From Negaprion brevirostris (taxonomy: Eukaryota), in assembly GCA_030324005.1 (NCBI GenBank), contig JARDVH010000169.1, positions 13,298,574-13,362,573 on the forward strand: a stretch of DNA of 64,000 bases. The letters are read 5' to 3'. Of the stretch, positions 24,311 to 37,009 are shown one piece after another; positions within the stretch are counted from its first letter, which is position 1, and every line of letters begins with the position of its first letter. The notes under the pieces were generated by a model. That model ran no database searches and was not told where the DNA came from. It saw nothing but the letters and a program-made list of their open reading frames with translations. Position numbers and translations under genes: made by a program.

Positions 24311-27015
24311 AAATCTCTATTAAGGACTATGCAATAAGGGGGCTTTAAGATAAGACCATAAGATATAGGAGCAGAATGTTCTTCCCATGTCCCTATTCCA
24401 TTTAACCTATCCAAGCCATCACCAGTGATATCAAGTTGGACAGCAGACTGTCTGCAGTGACAAAAAGATCTATTGGCATTGCATCTTAGCTCTGTATTGG
24501 TAACCTCTTGTGTCATCTTGCTTTCTTTTGCTTCTGATTGCCACATATCTATTCTGTTTTGCTTGCCCTAAGCATCTTTGTACCTAATGCAGCCTCGTAA
24601 CTGCTCAGCAAAGCTTGCAGGGAAAACTTTGTCACTTTTACTGTGGGAAGCAGACATTACTCAATAAAATCACAAGTGGTCAGGTTCCCAAGAATACAGG
24701 CTGGAATAAATACACTTCCACACATGTGCATATGCCATCTCTTCACAGACAAGGTGTAAATGTTGGCTTGCCCTCCTCAAACCCGCACTGAGCAACGGAT
24801 TGCCCATTTATTCAGCTTTCAGCAGGTGGACCAGCTGCTATACTTTTCCACAAGCTTCACTTTGCATCTCCACATTGGTTTTTTATTCCATTTTTGCTTC
24901 AATGTTCTTCCCACTCCTCAGCTTTAGCAAAATCAGACAGATATTTAAATTTGAATTTGAAGCGTCATAAGAGCTTTTGCAATAACATCTCCCCATATGC
25001 AACAACTAATTTTAAGTGTACAGTTCTATTTAAGTATCAGCTGCTGGACCAATTGCATTTTTGCCCTATTAAGCTGTCAACTCAAGGCCAAAGCTACATT
25101 CGGAGTTTATTTAAATAAACTGAATCCAAAAGTCTTGGGTGCACTTATCTCTGCATGCAGTGGGCCAGCATGTGTCACACAGAAAACATTCCCAGGATGG
25201 ATTTTGCTAGTCTTGCAAATTTGCGGCAGTTAGCTACATGGTTCAAAGTGATTGAAAGCCATGAGTAAAATATTCTTTATATTTTAGTGACAGACAGAGA
25301 TCAATACAGTAATGGATTGAAGGGAATGACACAACAGTTGTTCTAGTTATCTTGAGTGGCTCATTATTTTTATCCTCGTTATCAAGAATTATCTTTAACA
25401 AAGCTTTAACCCCCAGTTATGTAAAAATAACATGCAAAAGTGGAAGCAGAAATTATGGATTTTAGTCACATTTTATTAGCCCATCACCGTTGTGACACAG
25501 ATTGGAAAATGACAGAAGGGAGAGTTCATCTGATCGTCTCAGCAATTTAATTGTGGCGGATTTAAAGGCGGCCAGGTTTTTTATTTCTTTTCCAAACTAT
25601 CTCTGCATGACTGCACCTCATATTACTTCAAGTCAGCCCTGCACTTGTCACAGGAGTCGGGCTTTACACAGCAAATCTGTCTTGAACAGACAGATGTTGA
25701 TCTATGTGAACGTGGTTATAAAATGGTTACCGAGCAATGAGAAACAGACTGAAGGCTAGACCCATAGAGATACAGCCATCTATACTATGGGCGACACACA
25801 ATGATTGACTTTTGGTCGAAGCTTGTAATCACATTTTACAATTTACAACTTCTTATATTTAAGACCTATTCCAAATGTTTTTATGTTAGCGTGTTTATAC
25901 ATATTATGGAGTTAAAGTATTACTGTAATCGGTACATCAGGCATAATGCACATAGTGGTTGCATCATATCAACATTACACTTTTCATTTTTATTTAATCT
26001 TTTAACTGGAATCCGATTCAGGACTTTTATATGTTAATTTTTTTCCAGCCTGAAGGATAGTTAACATTTGGGAGTGCGTCTGGAAACACATGGAGCATGA
26101 GACGTTGAACACCATCTGCCTCTTGATCTGTATGTTATCCATGTGAAGCAACAACTGGGACTATACAGCTCCAGGGCAGGTCAGAAAAGCTCACAATAAT
26201 ATTGTGATTAGCCAGACGGAGTCGAGCAGTTTTTTCTAAAAAAATTGCACGATGGAACCCTGTGAGCTTTGGCTTCTACCAGCATGAAATCATTTCTCTA
26301 AAAGCATTTAACAGCAACAAGAACTAGAAGCAGATTCATTGGCTTATTCCTGTATGATTTTTATAACCCTGGTCTCATCCCCATTTTTACCCTTTCACTT
26401 TAAGTATCTCTCCTTTCTGCTGTCCTTCTAGGTTAGACATGTAATCAGCTTTACTGAGCAGTTACAGGGCTGCACCATGATTAACTTTCTTGAAAAATGC
26501 TTAGGGCAAGCAAAACAGTAGATGTGCAGCAATCAGAATCAAAAGAAATCAGGATAGCAGATGAGGTTACCAATATAGAGCTCAGATGCAATGCCAAACA
26601 ACAAAATGATGGCACTCACTGTTGACCTCAAAGATCAAGTGATCTCTGTGGTGTAGACTTCACCTTTCCTGACATTAATTTGATTTTGGCACCAGTTCAA
26701 GGGGATTGCTGCTGTCCTGTAACAGTGATGGCATAAAGCAGGCTAAACCAGCCAATCACACTGATAGATTCTCACAGACAGCAAATTGAAGTAAAAGCAC
26801 TGAATATCATTCACTTTTTAATGTTACAGCAAGCAAAACAAATATTCAGATATTCAGAGGATTGACACACAAGCTGAAATTTCATTAAACTTTAAAATTA
26901 TAAAATCCAAGAACTTTAAAAAAACATAATGGAGAAATATGACGCGTCATAAATGAAAAATTAGTTTTCAGAGTCAGAGAGGTTGTTCAGCAATAATTGT
27001 GAACTTGACACATCA

Positions 27016-27292
27016 CATTAGTACTCCAGGGACCCAGGGTAATACTCTGGGGACCAGGTTTGAATTGCAGCAGAGCAGATGGTGAAATTTGAACTGAATT
27101 TTAAAAAATGGAATTAAAAGTCGAATGTCCTTTAGGGAAGGAAATCTGCTGTCCTTACCTGATCTGGCCTACTTGTAAGTCCAGATCCACAGCAACGTGG
27201 TTGACTCTTAAATGCACTACAAGGACGAATAGGGAAGGACAATAAACACTGTCCCAGCCAGCGACACCGACGTCCCATGAAATAATTTTTTT
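27016..27292 (+). mobile_element. tRNA-derived SINE family C
   Basis: Core AATGTCCTTTAGGGAAGGAAATCTGCTGTCCTTACC...GTGGTTGACTCTTAAATGC; tail AATAAACACTGTCCCAGCCAGCGAC. Confidence 0.8.
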
Positions 27293-28106
27293 AAAAAGCA
27301 CAGAATCACTGACAGAAATTTCTGGATTTCGGCATTTAATTGCAAATGTGTATATGCCAGATGCTGCTGTCAGTTCATAGTTGTAATGACAGTGAACAGT
27401 GGCAATTTCACTATTATTACAACCAAAAAATGCAGGTCATTTTTTTTAACCTAACTGGCAAGCTTAAATGATTTATGAAGTTACCCTTCACAATTGACCA
27501 GAAAGACTCCAGAAATTTAAGACTAAGCTCAAGATGCCACTGTGGAAAAATAAGCTTTCTGACTGACAGCCAAGAATTATCCAACACGATAACAAAGAGC
27601 ATAATTTAATCTCCAGTTGGTGTGGGAAGGCTGTGTATCCTGTGGATGGATGGTTAATAATGCAAGTGTGCAGGGAAGGGCATTCAACTTAAGCTGGCAA
27701 CTCTTTGGTTGGTTAATATCTAAACTCCAATAGGATGAGATGGCTCATTTTACTACTCCCCTTCCCAAATACTTTCCATTCTAGGACACTTGGTTTATTT
27801 TACGTCTTGCAAATATCACCATGGTTGTAGGTTCTGCAGAAATTTTATCAGGGCAGATAAAGGCCACTTCAAGTTAACAGAAGCTGGATTTTTCTGTGGA
27901 ACCATGAATAAATGCATTAGTGGAGTATTACTCCAAAGAATAAGTGTTTATGTTGAGTTGGCTAATCATCACAAAGATGTTTTGTTTAGTAACCCCAGGG
28001 TAAGAAAGGGGAAAAAAAATGAACAGCCAAAATTTTTGCGCTTGATTGTTATCTGTAAAGAGTCTTACCTAATTTCTTATTCCAGTAGAATTTTGCAATC
28101 ATGCTA

Positions 28107-28272
28107 GTGCAGCTCCATGGTTACTGACACATACAAGGGAGCTCAATTGTCAATGATACTCATTATGGAACTCCATAGTTACTAACACGCATCATGGTGC
28201 AGCTCCACAGATTCTATCATTTTACAAGGCTGTACAGTTACTGGTGTTCATCTTGAATGGAACTCTACACCA
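28107..28272. repeat. Decayed minisatellite, unit about 29 bp
   Basis: Recurring G(C/A)(A/G)CTCCATAGTTACT-like units. Confidence 0.5.
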
Positions 28273-29849
28273 AGAACCCTGCAACCACATTCTCCCAAGA
28301 AGCTAAGTTTGCATAATCTCAATCGTAAAAATATGAACCATCCGCCTGTGTGCTATTTTAACAGAGATGTGAAACAAAACACCAGAATAAAAATCATACA
28401 AAACCGTTAACCCTCTTGGCGGTTAATGCCACCTTACTAGAGTTTTATGATTGGAGAAAAAACAATTAAATTGAAAATCACATTTAATTTACTGGTTGCG
28501 ATTTTTAACAAAACGTAAAGCAAGATATATATTGTTTCCTAAACAGTGAACAATTAGCAAAGTACAACAAGAGAACAGTTGGAAGGGTAATGTAATTTTT
28601 AAGACAAAAGAGAACATTTATTGTCTTGGTTCAAGCAATACGATCTTCTCCCACCTTCCATTCCCTTTGATACAGAACATTGCTTGTTGAGAAACAGCAA
28701 GAAAGTCTCAATGGTAAATTAAACTAATGTGTACTGATTGCCATTTTCCCATCTTTCAAATTAAAACACCACATGCTGTTTTGTATATTTTTCATCTAGA
28801 TAATTAGTAGATACGTCGCTTTGCCAAAATATGCAGGTTCAGGGCTGCTTTGCACTTCTTATACCCCATAACGTGTTTGCCTTTCAATGGCATTAGAGAT
28901 GGGCATTCCAGCATTTTCCAGAGTGCGGTTTTATTCTTAATAATCTCAGGGTCAGGAGCACAAACTCAGCTTCAGCTCCCACAATAAGAATTACAAGAGA
29001 TCAAACTGATCTGAATCAAGCTGGAATTTGAAGCACCTCACAAGAAATATTCTGAAATAAATGTGAACAAATAATGTTAGCATATCGTTTGTAATATGCT
29101 GAGATAAGAGTTGGCATGCATATTTGATCTTTAATCAGCTTGGTTTTTAAACGAAGATTGATCAAATTTGCGTGCTTGCATTTCAGAAAAACTTGGCATT
29201 GAGTATTGGCACTTGGACATTAGCTGCAGAGCAATTTTGCTATTAATAATTTCTTAGTCAGGAGATCAGTCTCAGCTACCAACTCTGAGTGGAGGAAATT
29301 ACTTGTACACAGGTTGGCTCCTGGTCAGGCAAGAATTAGGAGCAAATTATGCAATGTTCCAAAATTATTACTTTTAAATGTCTCACTCCATAGATTGGAA
29401 GATTCCAAGGTCATAGTTCATGTATCCAGCTAATATATGACGCAAGATTATTTTCAAAAAGTTTGATTTAATTAATATTCTTTCAACAACCTTTTTTTGA
29501 TTCAGGAAATAAATAATGTTGAGAATATTCAGCTTATTTGCCAGTGTCGGTGGCAAGAAAACAGAGATAACTTTCAAGTCAATGCCCCTTTCCAACCTAC
29601 AATACTTCTATTTCACTTTGGTGATGCAGTTCTTGGTGCATTAATCAACCCAGGAATGTCCAGGTCCACTTCTGTTGCTGTCTCCTATTTTTAAGCTCCA
29701 GATCTGGTTTAACTTATTGATGGGGAAACAGGAAGGCAAGAAAAGTGTGAAAGTGAGTCACTTTTTCCCACCGTCACTGATCTGTAACCACAGGTTTGGG
29801 GTGGTGGTTGCTTGTCATTCAGCAACCTTCTCATCCACATTGGGTCTTT

Positions 29850-30297
29850 CATAGAATCTACAGCAAAAGGTGGCCACTTGGCCCATCAAGCCAACTGCGA
29901 ACAGTCTCACCCAGGTCCTATTACTGTAACCCTCCTAATCCCCCGACACACTAAGGGACAATATAGCATGGCGATTCAACCTAACCCGCACATCTTTGGA
30001 CTGTGGGAGGAAACCACAGCACTGGAGGAAACTCACGCAGACACGGGGAGAATGTGCAAACTCCACATAGACAGTCACCTCAGGCTGGAATTGAATCCAG
30101 GTCCCTGGCGCTGTGAGGNNNNNNNNNNNNNNNNNNNNNNNNNNNNNNNNNNNNNNNNNNNNNNNNNNNNNNNNNNNNNNNNNNNNNNNNNNNNNNNNNN
30201 NNNNNNNNNNNNNNNNNNGTCACCTCAGGCTGGAATTGAATCCAGGTCCCTGGCGCTGTGAGGCAGCAGCGCTAACTACTGTGTCATTGTGCCACCT
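29850..30297 (-). mobile_element. HE1-type SINE (tail A) split by a 100-N gap
   Basis: Tail, V-domain and head in reverse; about 45 bp is repeated on both sides of the gap. Confidence 0.85.
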
Positions 30298-30376
30298 CTT
30301 CACTGCCCCATTTAGTTAACAGGTGTAAGGGTAATTCACTGGTCTAGATTTGATCAACTGCCAGGAGAGTAAACAT

Positions 30377-30596
30377 GATAAAGAGATGCCGGCGTTGAAC
30401 TGGGGTAAACAAAGTAAGGAGTCTCACAACACCAGGTTAGAGTCCAACCAGTTTATCTGATTGTAATCTTACAAGCTTTCGAAAACGGTGTTCCTTTGTC
30501 AGGTTTGTGGAAGGCAATAGGTGGTGTTGAACCTTCCACACACCTGACAAAGAAACACCGTTTCCGAAAGCTTGTAAGATTACTATCAAATAAACT
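30377..30596. mobile_element. Penelope-like fold-back element with 13-bp TSD and two mutated hammerhead motifs
   Basis: 67-bp inverted arms 30448-30514 / 30532-30598 (5 mismatches, 17-nt loop); exact GGAGAGTAAACAT at 30364-30376 and 30597-30609; CTGACAA...GAAAGCTT on both strands. Confidence 0.8.
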
Positions 30597-31751
30597 GGAG
30601 AGTAAACATACAGGAATCATTTCTCTGTACCATAAGACCAGAGATAGAGCCACGGCAACACAATGGTAAGCCACCATGTTCTTTTTAAGCAAAGCTTCCC
30701 ATTGAAATCATCCAACTGAACATATATACGTGCAAGTGCTGCAGGTTTTTAAATAAGAGGTGCAAAATAAGACTGAAGATTTAAAAATGCCATCTGAACC
30801 TTGGGTGCAACTGGGATCAAGCAGCATTATGTAGGACAGAAGCTATTATACAACGATTGCGACACCAATCCTCGAGGGTAACAGCTTCGATCAAAAATTA
30901 CTTCTTGACACAGAACAGTGGGTACAATTACATGTCAAATTATTCTTAATAAGATAATTAAAGATCTTTTGAAGATAACACTTCAAGAGCAAATATCAAG
31001 CAGGTTATAACTATCTCCTGAAACCAAAAACATTATTGTTGAAATTTGTTGCTTTCTTCAATAATACGTGGTCTTAACTTCATATGAAGGGCTTGTTAAA
31101 TCTTGGGTGTGTATTTGTGCTGGCTATCTCTCAGTAGAGCTACCAAATGTCGAAGGGCTCAGTCATTAATAAATCACATCTGACAACCACTGGTGGTGAG
31201 AGTATTTCCACATATTCACTCTAAGAATCTGAAGCTAATTATACAGAAACTCTTCACATAATACATATTATGAAGATTAACATGTGGAAATTTACATATT
31301 GCAGAATGAATAACTACACTATCATTCATAAGAAAAAGCAACTAATAAAACATGGAATAATAATCATCTGAATCTCAAAAATTGAACAGTTGATTACTAA
31401 ACATCATTGGACTGTGGGTGGCATGAACTTCAGATGAACTTACTTGGATTTTGGCCAATCATGGGTGGGACTCGGGCATCACGTCTTCATGCTGGTGGTT
31501 AAAGGCCTAAAACCAGGTTTAGCCAATTTTTACCTCAAACTGAAAGCAACTCAACACAATGCCTTGAGATTATGTGACACTAAGTCAATACTTCTTTTGT
31601 TGAAAGAGAGAGATCAGTTGCCAATATTTGTTTCACAGCAGCTTCTGATTATTGATAAGTCAGTAACACTTCAGCCTAGTTTCACAAGATAAAAAGAAGG
31701 AATTCGTCGCATTCGGAATGGAACGAAAGAAATTTGAAATAAAAGCATATC

Positions 31752-31887
31752 GGCTGGGATTCTTTGTTGTCATACACCCTGCCACTGCTGTCAGCCAGAA
31801 CGGGGAATTTGGCGCTCAGCCAAATCTCCGTTCACAGCGGCAGGATTGGAGAATCCCAGCCATGGGTGAGGTTGGAGAATTCCAGCC
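31752..31887. mobile_element. 136-bp hairpin MITE
   Basis: Same family as 20463; ends GGAGAATTCCAGCC. Confidence 0.85.
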
Positions 31888-31981
31888 TTGGTGTTAATGA
31901 TCTATCATAAAAACTCAAAAACAATTGTGCTGCTATTTTGAGTAAAGCACAAATTCAGGACATTTCTACCTCTCAGAGACA

Positions 31982-32706
31982 GGCTTAGAAATTCAATGAA
32001 ACATGGCATATTTTACAGGTGTGGAATGGGCACCAAAATATTCTATTAGAAAAGCACCACCTGCCATATTGTTACATAGCATCAAGAGAGGCATCCAGGA
32101 ACCATGCCTAAAATAGCATTATTAGGCCACTTACTTGAATATGCAACATACAATGCCTGTTTGATGCCTCCTTCACTAAATCATCTTGCCCTTAACACAG
32201 TTGCTATCTGTCACCTAAAGTGTCAGTTTATGAAAAAGATAGATCCTTGAGTGTGATACTGAGAGATACAGGATTGCTCCTCCAGATCCATATGAAAATC
32301 ACAGGCTGCTGCTAGTCTCCAACTGCCATCCATACCATTCAACTTTCTCCTCAATTATCTCCCACTCTCCTAATTGCCCCCTGGATCATTCTCATCCTCT
32401 CCCAATCTGAATCAGCCACCTTGTGTCACCCACTTCGCTTGATGGCTCCAATTGCACCTTCCCAATCATTAACAAACCCCACCTCTCTCAGTCAACATCT
32501 CCCCAACCTGCTCTTTCTCCTCCAGTAACCTCTCCCCATTACACGCTCCCCTATCACGACCATCTCTCACCCTCCCAACCCCACTACCTGACTGATCTCA
32601 ATCGAATATAAATGCAGACTAACATCAGCAGGGTCTTGGGCCTACCCATTCTGGTGCAGGGTTCAACCCCTGCATCCAGCCTCTGTTGACCTGCAAATTT
32701 CTAGCC
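31982..32706. mobile_element. Old MITE-like element
   Basis: Termini GGCTTAGAAATT / AATTTCTAGCC; C/T-rich interior. Confidence 0.45.
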
Positions 32707-33265
32707 TATTAAATGCAGATAAATTTGCTGCTGTGTAGCTGACCATCTCCAGGGTAAAAACAGGAATCACTATAAATGCAAACTGAGGATTGTTCAAACC
32801 AACCCTGCAAAAGCATCATGCATTTTGACTTTAAATTTCCCAATTACTCCAAGCCAAATTTGCCTTGATCTTACATCTGCTTTATTACATAAGCAACGTA
32901 CAATTGCTTTTGGTATTAACTTTGTAAACATTGGTAAGAACTGCTTGAGATAGATTTATCAGGATCCTGGTCAGGAATCTTCAATAAGAAGGTACAAAAC
33001 AATGCATTCTTTCCTCCTTTTATGATCTCTGTTTTTGAGTGCTGCATTAAAAGTACAGAATGATATCCAAATAACTCTGCAGTTACTGAACTCCTTTTGT
33101 TTGGCTTTCATTTCTCTATATGATCGTACATTTTACCACCAACCAATTTAATAAATTTTAGCTCCAATCGGAGATAGCACAGGCAGTATCCGGTGTCAAC
33201 ACAACAAACACGGTCGAATCACATACACTGCAACTATGAAGAGTGAAGGTAAAGTTATGACTCAC

Positions 33266-33430
33266 AAGAACTCGGCCAGTCAGAGTTTGGGCAGATATCA
33301 TGACCCCTGCCCAGTCTTTCACAGAAGTCATCCAGCCCACTTCCCCTTGTGGTATTTCTTCCTTTTCGTCCAGCTCTTGGAGAACATCATCTGGCTGGTT
33401 AGCTGAGCCAACACCGATTTTCTGTGCATC
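33266..33430 (-). CDS. KCNMA1: Internal coding exon of the large-conductance Ca2+-activated K+ channel alpha subunit (Slo1/BK), S0-S1 linker and start of S1; equivalent to mammalian exon 2
   Basis: Minus-strand translation [55 protein letters not shown] (55 aa). [26 protein letters not shown] is the invariant Slo1 motif. Pyrimidine-rich acceptor tttctgtttgcttttttcag and donor GTGAGT; phase 0/0; 165 nt. Confidence 0.97.
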
Positions 33431-33480
33431 CTGAAAAAAGCAAACAGAAAAATACAGTTTTAGTTTCCACCAGTAAGGCA

Positions 33481-33730
33481 GCCATAGAGATATACAGCAT
33501 GGAAACAGGCCCTTCAGCCCAATTCGTCTATGCTGATCAGGTTTCTTAAATTGAACTAGCCCCATTTGCCTGCATTTAGTTTTGACCTCTAGTTTTGGAC
33601 TCCCCTATACTGGGGAAAAGACGTTGGCTATTCACATTATTTATACTCCTCGTGATTTTATAAACCTCATCCTCCTACGCTCCAGGGAAAGTCGTCCCAT
33701 CCTCTCTTTATAATTCAAACCACTAACATC
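33481..33730 (-). mobile_element. CR1 3' fragment ending 50 bp upstream of the KCNMA1 acceptor
   Basis: CATAGAGATATACAGCATGGAAACAGGCCCTTCAGCCC tail; SGLNYKERMGRLSLERRRM. Confidence 0.8.
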
Positions 33731-34116
33731 TTTGTAAAAGATGACAGGATGGAGGATACATTTCCAAAGAATGTCACATTGTTCTTGTTGTAATGCTCGT
33801 AATAATGGCAACCAGAAGGGAACATAACTAAAAGTCAAGAGAGATCTGCATCTCAGACACTGTTTTGTTAAAGCTTAGTCCTGCCTTCATATATCTCAGC
33901 GAGCCACAAAACAACAGCAAGGGCAGCATTCTGCAGCACAGACAAACAGTGCTTTGGGTGGCAGAATTCATGCTGTTGCCCAGTTTCAAGACCTCATCAA
34001 TAGTGTCAGCAAACAGAACAGAAATCAGGTTATTTCCTCACAACTAGTGCACGTTTCACATCAGTACTCCGTCTGCAAGCCCAGCCATTACCATACATGG
34101 GAAACCCCAAGTCACA

Positions 34117-34622
34117 GGGAATAATTTTAACCTACTTGGCAGAAGGTGGACAGTTAGGCAACAACAATTGCCCAGATTACATACCAGCCTGCTTTCCGAG
34201 ATGGAAGGAAGGGAACGTGTGCAATTCCAGTGGGGTCTTATTTGTATGCATGATGGATATAAATGGCCACCTTACTGCCGAGTTAAACTGGGTTAGGTGA
34301 GGATTATGCCTGAAAACGGTTGAGAAAGGCGAAGTTTTTCTGCATTCTTTTGAGGGGCCAGATAATTAGACCTTTTCTTGAAAACAAACAGTCCAACCAT
34401 GTGATGCCCCTTCCATCCAATCCCACCAGCCATGCGCCCAGTCTCTGGTCATCATAATTTTCTGCCATTTCCCAATAACTTCCAGATTGTTCCATGTCAG
34501 AAATGGGCCAACAGGTTTTAAATGAGCTGGAAGTTAAAATAACCCAGCCCACATTTCTGCAGGAAGGATTGAGTTTCCAAACTCGCCTTGCTACTCATAC
34601 AACCAAGGTTAAAATTGAGGCC
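34117..34622. mobile_element. MITE with TIRs
   Basis: GGGAATAATTTTAACCT / AGGTTAAAATTGAGGCC; flanks ACA and ATA. Confidence 0.65.
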
Positions 34623-34843
34623 ATAGTTTCTAAGTCAAAAGAAGTGATGAGGTCCAGAGTCATGACCTAAAAAGCATTCAATCCCTGGTATTCAGTTAAT
34701 ACCAGTGAACCACTGCATTAAACACTCAAAATACATCAAAAATACCTGCATGCTGTGTGCTTACACTTGCACATGAACAGATTTATTTCGGCACCTATAT
34801 GGAGTTAGACAGGTGAGGAGATAGAATAAACTGGGGACAGCAG

Positions 34844-35210
34844 TTTTTTGATTTGATTGGATTTATTATTGTCACATGCATTAACAAACAGTGAAAAGTA
34901 TTATTACTTGCGTGCTATACAGACAAAACATACTGTTCATTGAGAAGGAAACGAGAGAGTGCAGAATATAGTGTTACAGTCACAGCTGGGGTGTAGAGAA
35001 AGATCAACTTAATGCAAGGTAAGTCCATTCAAAAGTCAAACAGCAGCAGGTTCTTGAGTCGGTTGGTATGTGACCTCAGACTTTCGTATCTTTTTCCCGA
35101 AGGAAGAAGGTGGAAGACAGAATGGCCGGGGTGCATGGGGTCCTTAACTATGATGGCTGATTTGCCGAGGCAGCGGGAAGTACAGACAGAGTCAATGGAT
35201 AGGAGGCTGG
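34844..35210 (-). mobile_element. Rex1/Babar-type LINE 3' end
   Basis: Minus-strand IVKDPMHPGHSVFHLLPSGKRYESLRSHTNRLKN (Rex1 C-terminal HPxHxLFxLLPSGRRY motif); 3' end TTTTCACTG...ATGTGACAATAATAAA followed by a TCAAA-type repeat. Confidence 0.85.
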
Positions 35211-35623
35211 TACTCATCAGTGTGCAAGGATTCTGATGGTCAGCAAGCCTATACTGCAGACATAGGCTTGTGTCATGTGATATATCCCTGGATTGTTGTG
35301 ATTAGCAACTTAGAAAGTTAATGCTGCAAAATAGAAGATGGATTCTGGAATGAATTCAAACCTACGTCACAATGAACAGCATGGAAAGGTTTCCTAAACT
35401 TTTGTTTTGTTAGTTTCAGTCTGTGTTTCTTCAGCCAGCCAAATATAGACTATCTGCAGAATTGCTTCATTGACAACATAACAATCTTCTTCTAGTTGAT
35501 TGTCTTTAATTCTTCTTCCTGATATATGGCGCCTTTTGGATATAAAAACCCCATGAATTCCTCGATGCTCGCTCATCCTGCTTAGCAAATAAGTCTACTT
35601 ATTAGAAGTTACTACTTAGAATG

Positions 35624-35759
35624 TATGTGGATTTGCCAATCTTGTTAGCCCCATCACGGCTGCCAGCGGGAACGGAGAATTTGGCACTCAGCCAAAACTC
35701 CATTCACTGCAGCGGGACCAGAGAGTTCCAGCCATGGGCAAGGTCGGAGAATTCCAGTC
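35624..35759. mobile_element. 136-bp hairpin MITE
   Basis: Same family as 20463. Confidence 0.8.
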
Positions 35760-37009
35760 TATAGTTCGGACATCTGGCTGGGAATTGGCCCTTAATGTTT
35801 CGGTTTAAGGATCAGTGTTGGAATTATTTCCGTTTCTAGTGTCTCAGTGACTTGAACGACAGTTCAATTTAATAATAACTAAAAGCAGAAGGAGAAGGCA
35901 GAGGATGGGCGGACACAAGGGGAGAGAAAGTTGGGACGTGGAAAGATAAAGAGTCACAGCACTGCAAGCTTGAAACTCTATGATGTTAGTTATTAACAGA
36001 TTGCAATCTTATAATGAATATACTTCAAATGTATTTCATTGTATATGAAGTGCTGTGGGAATCTTGAGGATATGAAAGGTACTATAGAATTGTCATCACC
36101 CTTTTGGTAGATGTCCAAACTGTCAGTTGTTCACCACATCAACATTGTCCTTAGCCATTCTTTTATCCACCATACTGATTTGAAAACCATGTATTTCATT
36201 TTGTCATATAAGCCTGCAGAAAGTCTGACCCACCTAAAGCTCTTAACAGTCCTCAATGCCGATTTCTTGACATATTAAGACTCTAATTTTGCTGGAGTAA
36301 CACATTCTAAATCAGCATAGCGGTGGATCACTGCTGACGAGTCACATAACCTCAGCCAATATTAATGGAAACACGCATATAGCCTAAGGCTGATGTTTCC
36401 ATATCTTATACGACCAAGGAACATGATCTTGGTGAAACCTGAGAGGCACAGGTAGCTCAGTGATGAGTAAATATGCTACAAATAAGAAACAAACAGGGTG
36501 TCTCTGGGGAGCCCCACAGAAATCTCATTTACTCTTGAGGAATGGAGCACTGCACCCTTCCCGTAAATAAATCTAAATTTTACCCAATGGCTTTCTCCCA
36601 AACAGTTAGCCTCATGGGAGCCTGTTATTCAATTGCTCACAGCAATGAGAACAACAGATTATACTTTCAGTGTGAAGATTGTCCCCCATCCCACCCAGTA
36701 ATTTTCCGACTCATACCTAACTGGTCTTCAGAATATACAATGTGTCCAAAACTGCCCCCAAATCACTTCCATGAATGAACAAATGTACACTGGTTAAACA
36801 GCCAGCTGCTCATTGTGAGCTGCCCCAGAAATGCTTTTGATTAATCAGAATGCAAAAACTGTTGCACTATTAAAACCCAGTCAGTCATTCATTGAGAATT
36901 TTGAGCTGACAATATTCGATCACTTTAACAGAGCAAAGACTTATCTATGAAAATAATTTAGGTGCAGAAATGCAAATACAGGAGGAGGATTACTGAAGGT
37001 TTCCAGCAT

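Larger units (their letters stand above)
1..33265 (-). other. KCNMA1: KCNMA1 intron downstream of the exon (intron 2 equivalent, partial)
   Basis: The next expected exon ([20 protein letters not shown]-like) was not found by eye; it could lie beyond the window or in an N gap. Confidence 0.65.

Noticed and set aside
30073-30263. Apparent 45-bp direct repeat
   Set aside because: Identical sequence on both sides of a round 100-N gap, typical of an unmerged contig overlap.
33158-33565. 135-aa ORF as a stand-alone gene
   Set aside because: Only 33266-33430 is Slo1-like and bounded by splice sites; the 5' part is a CR1 tail and the 3' part is intron read-through.
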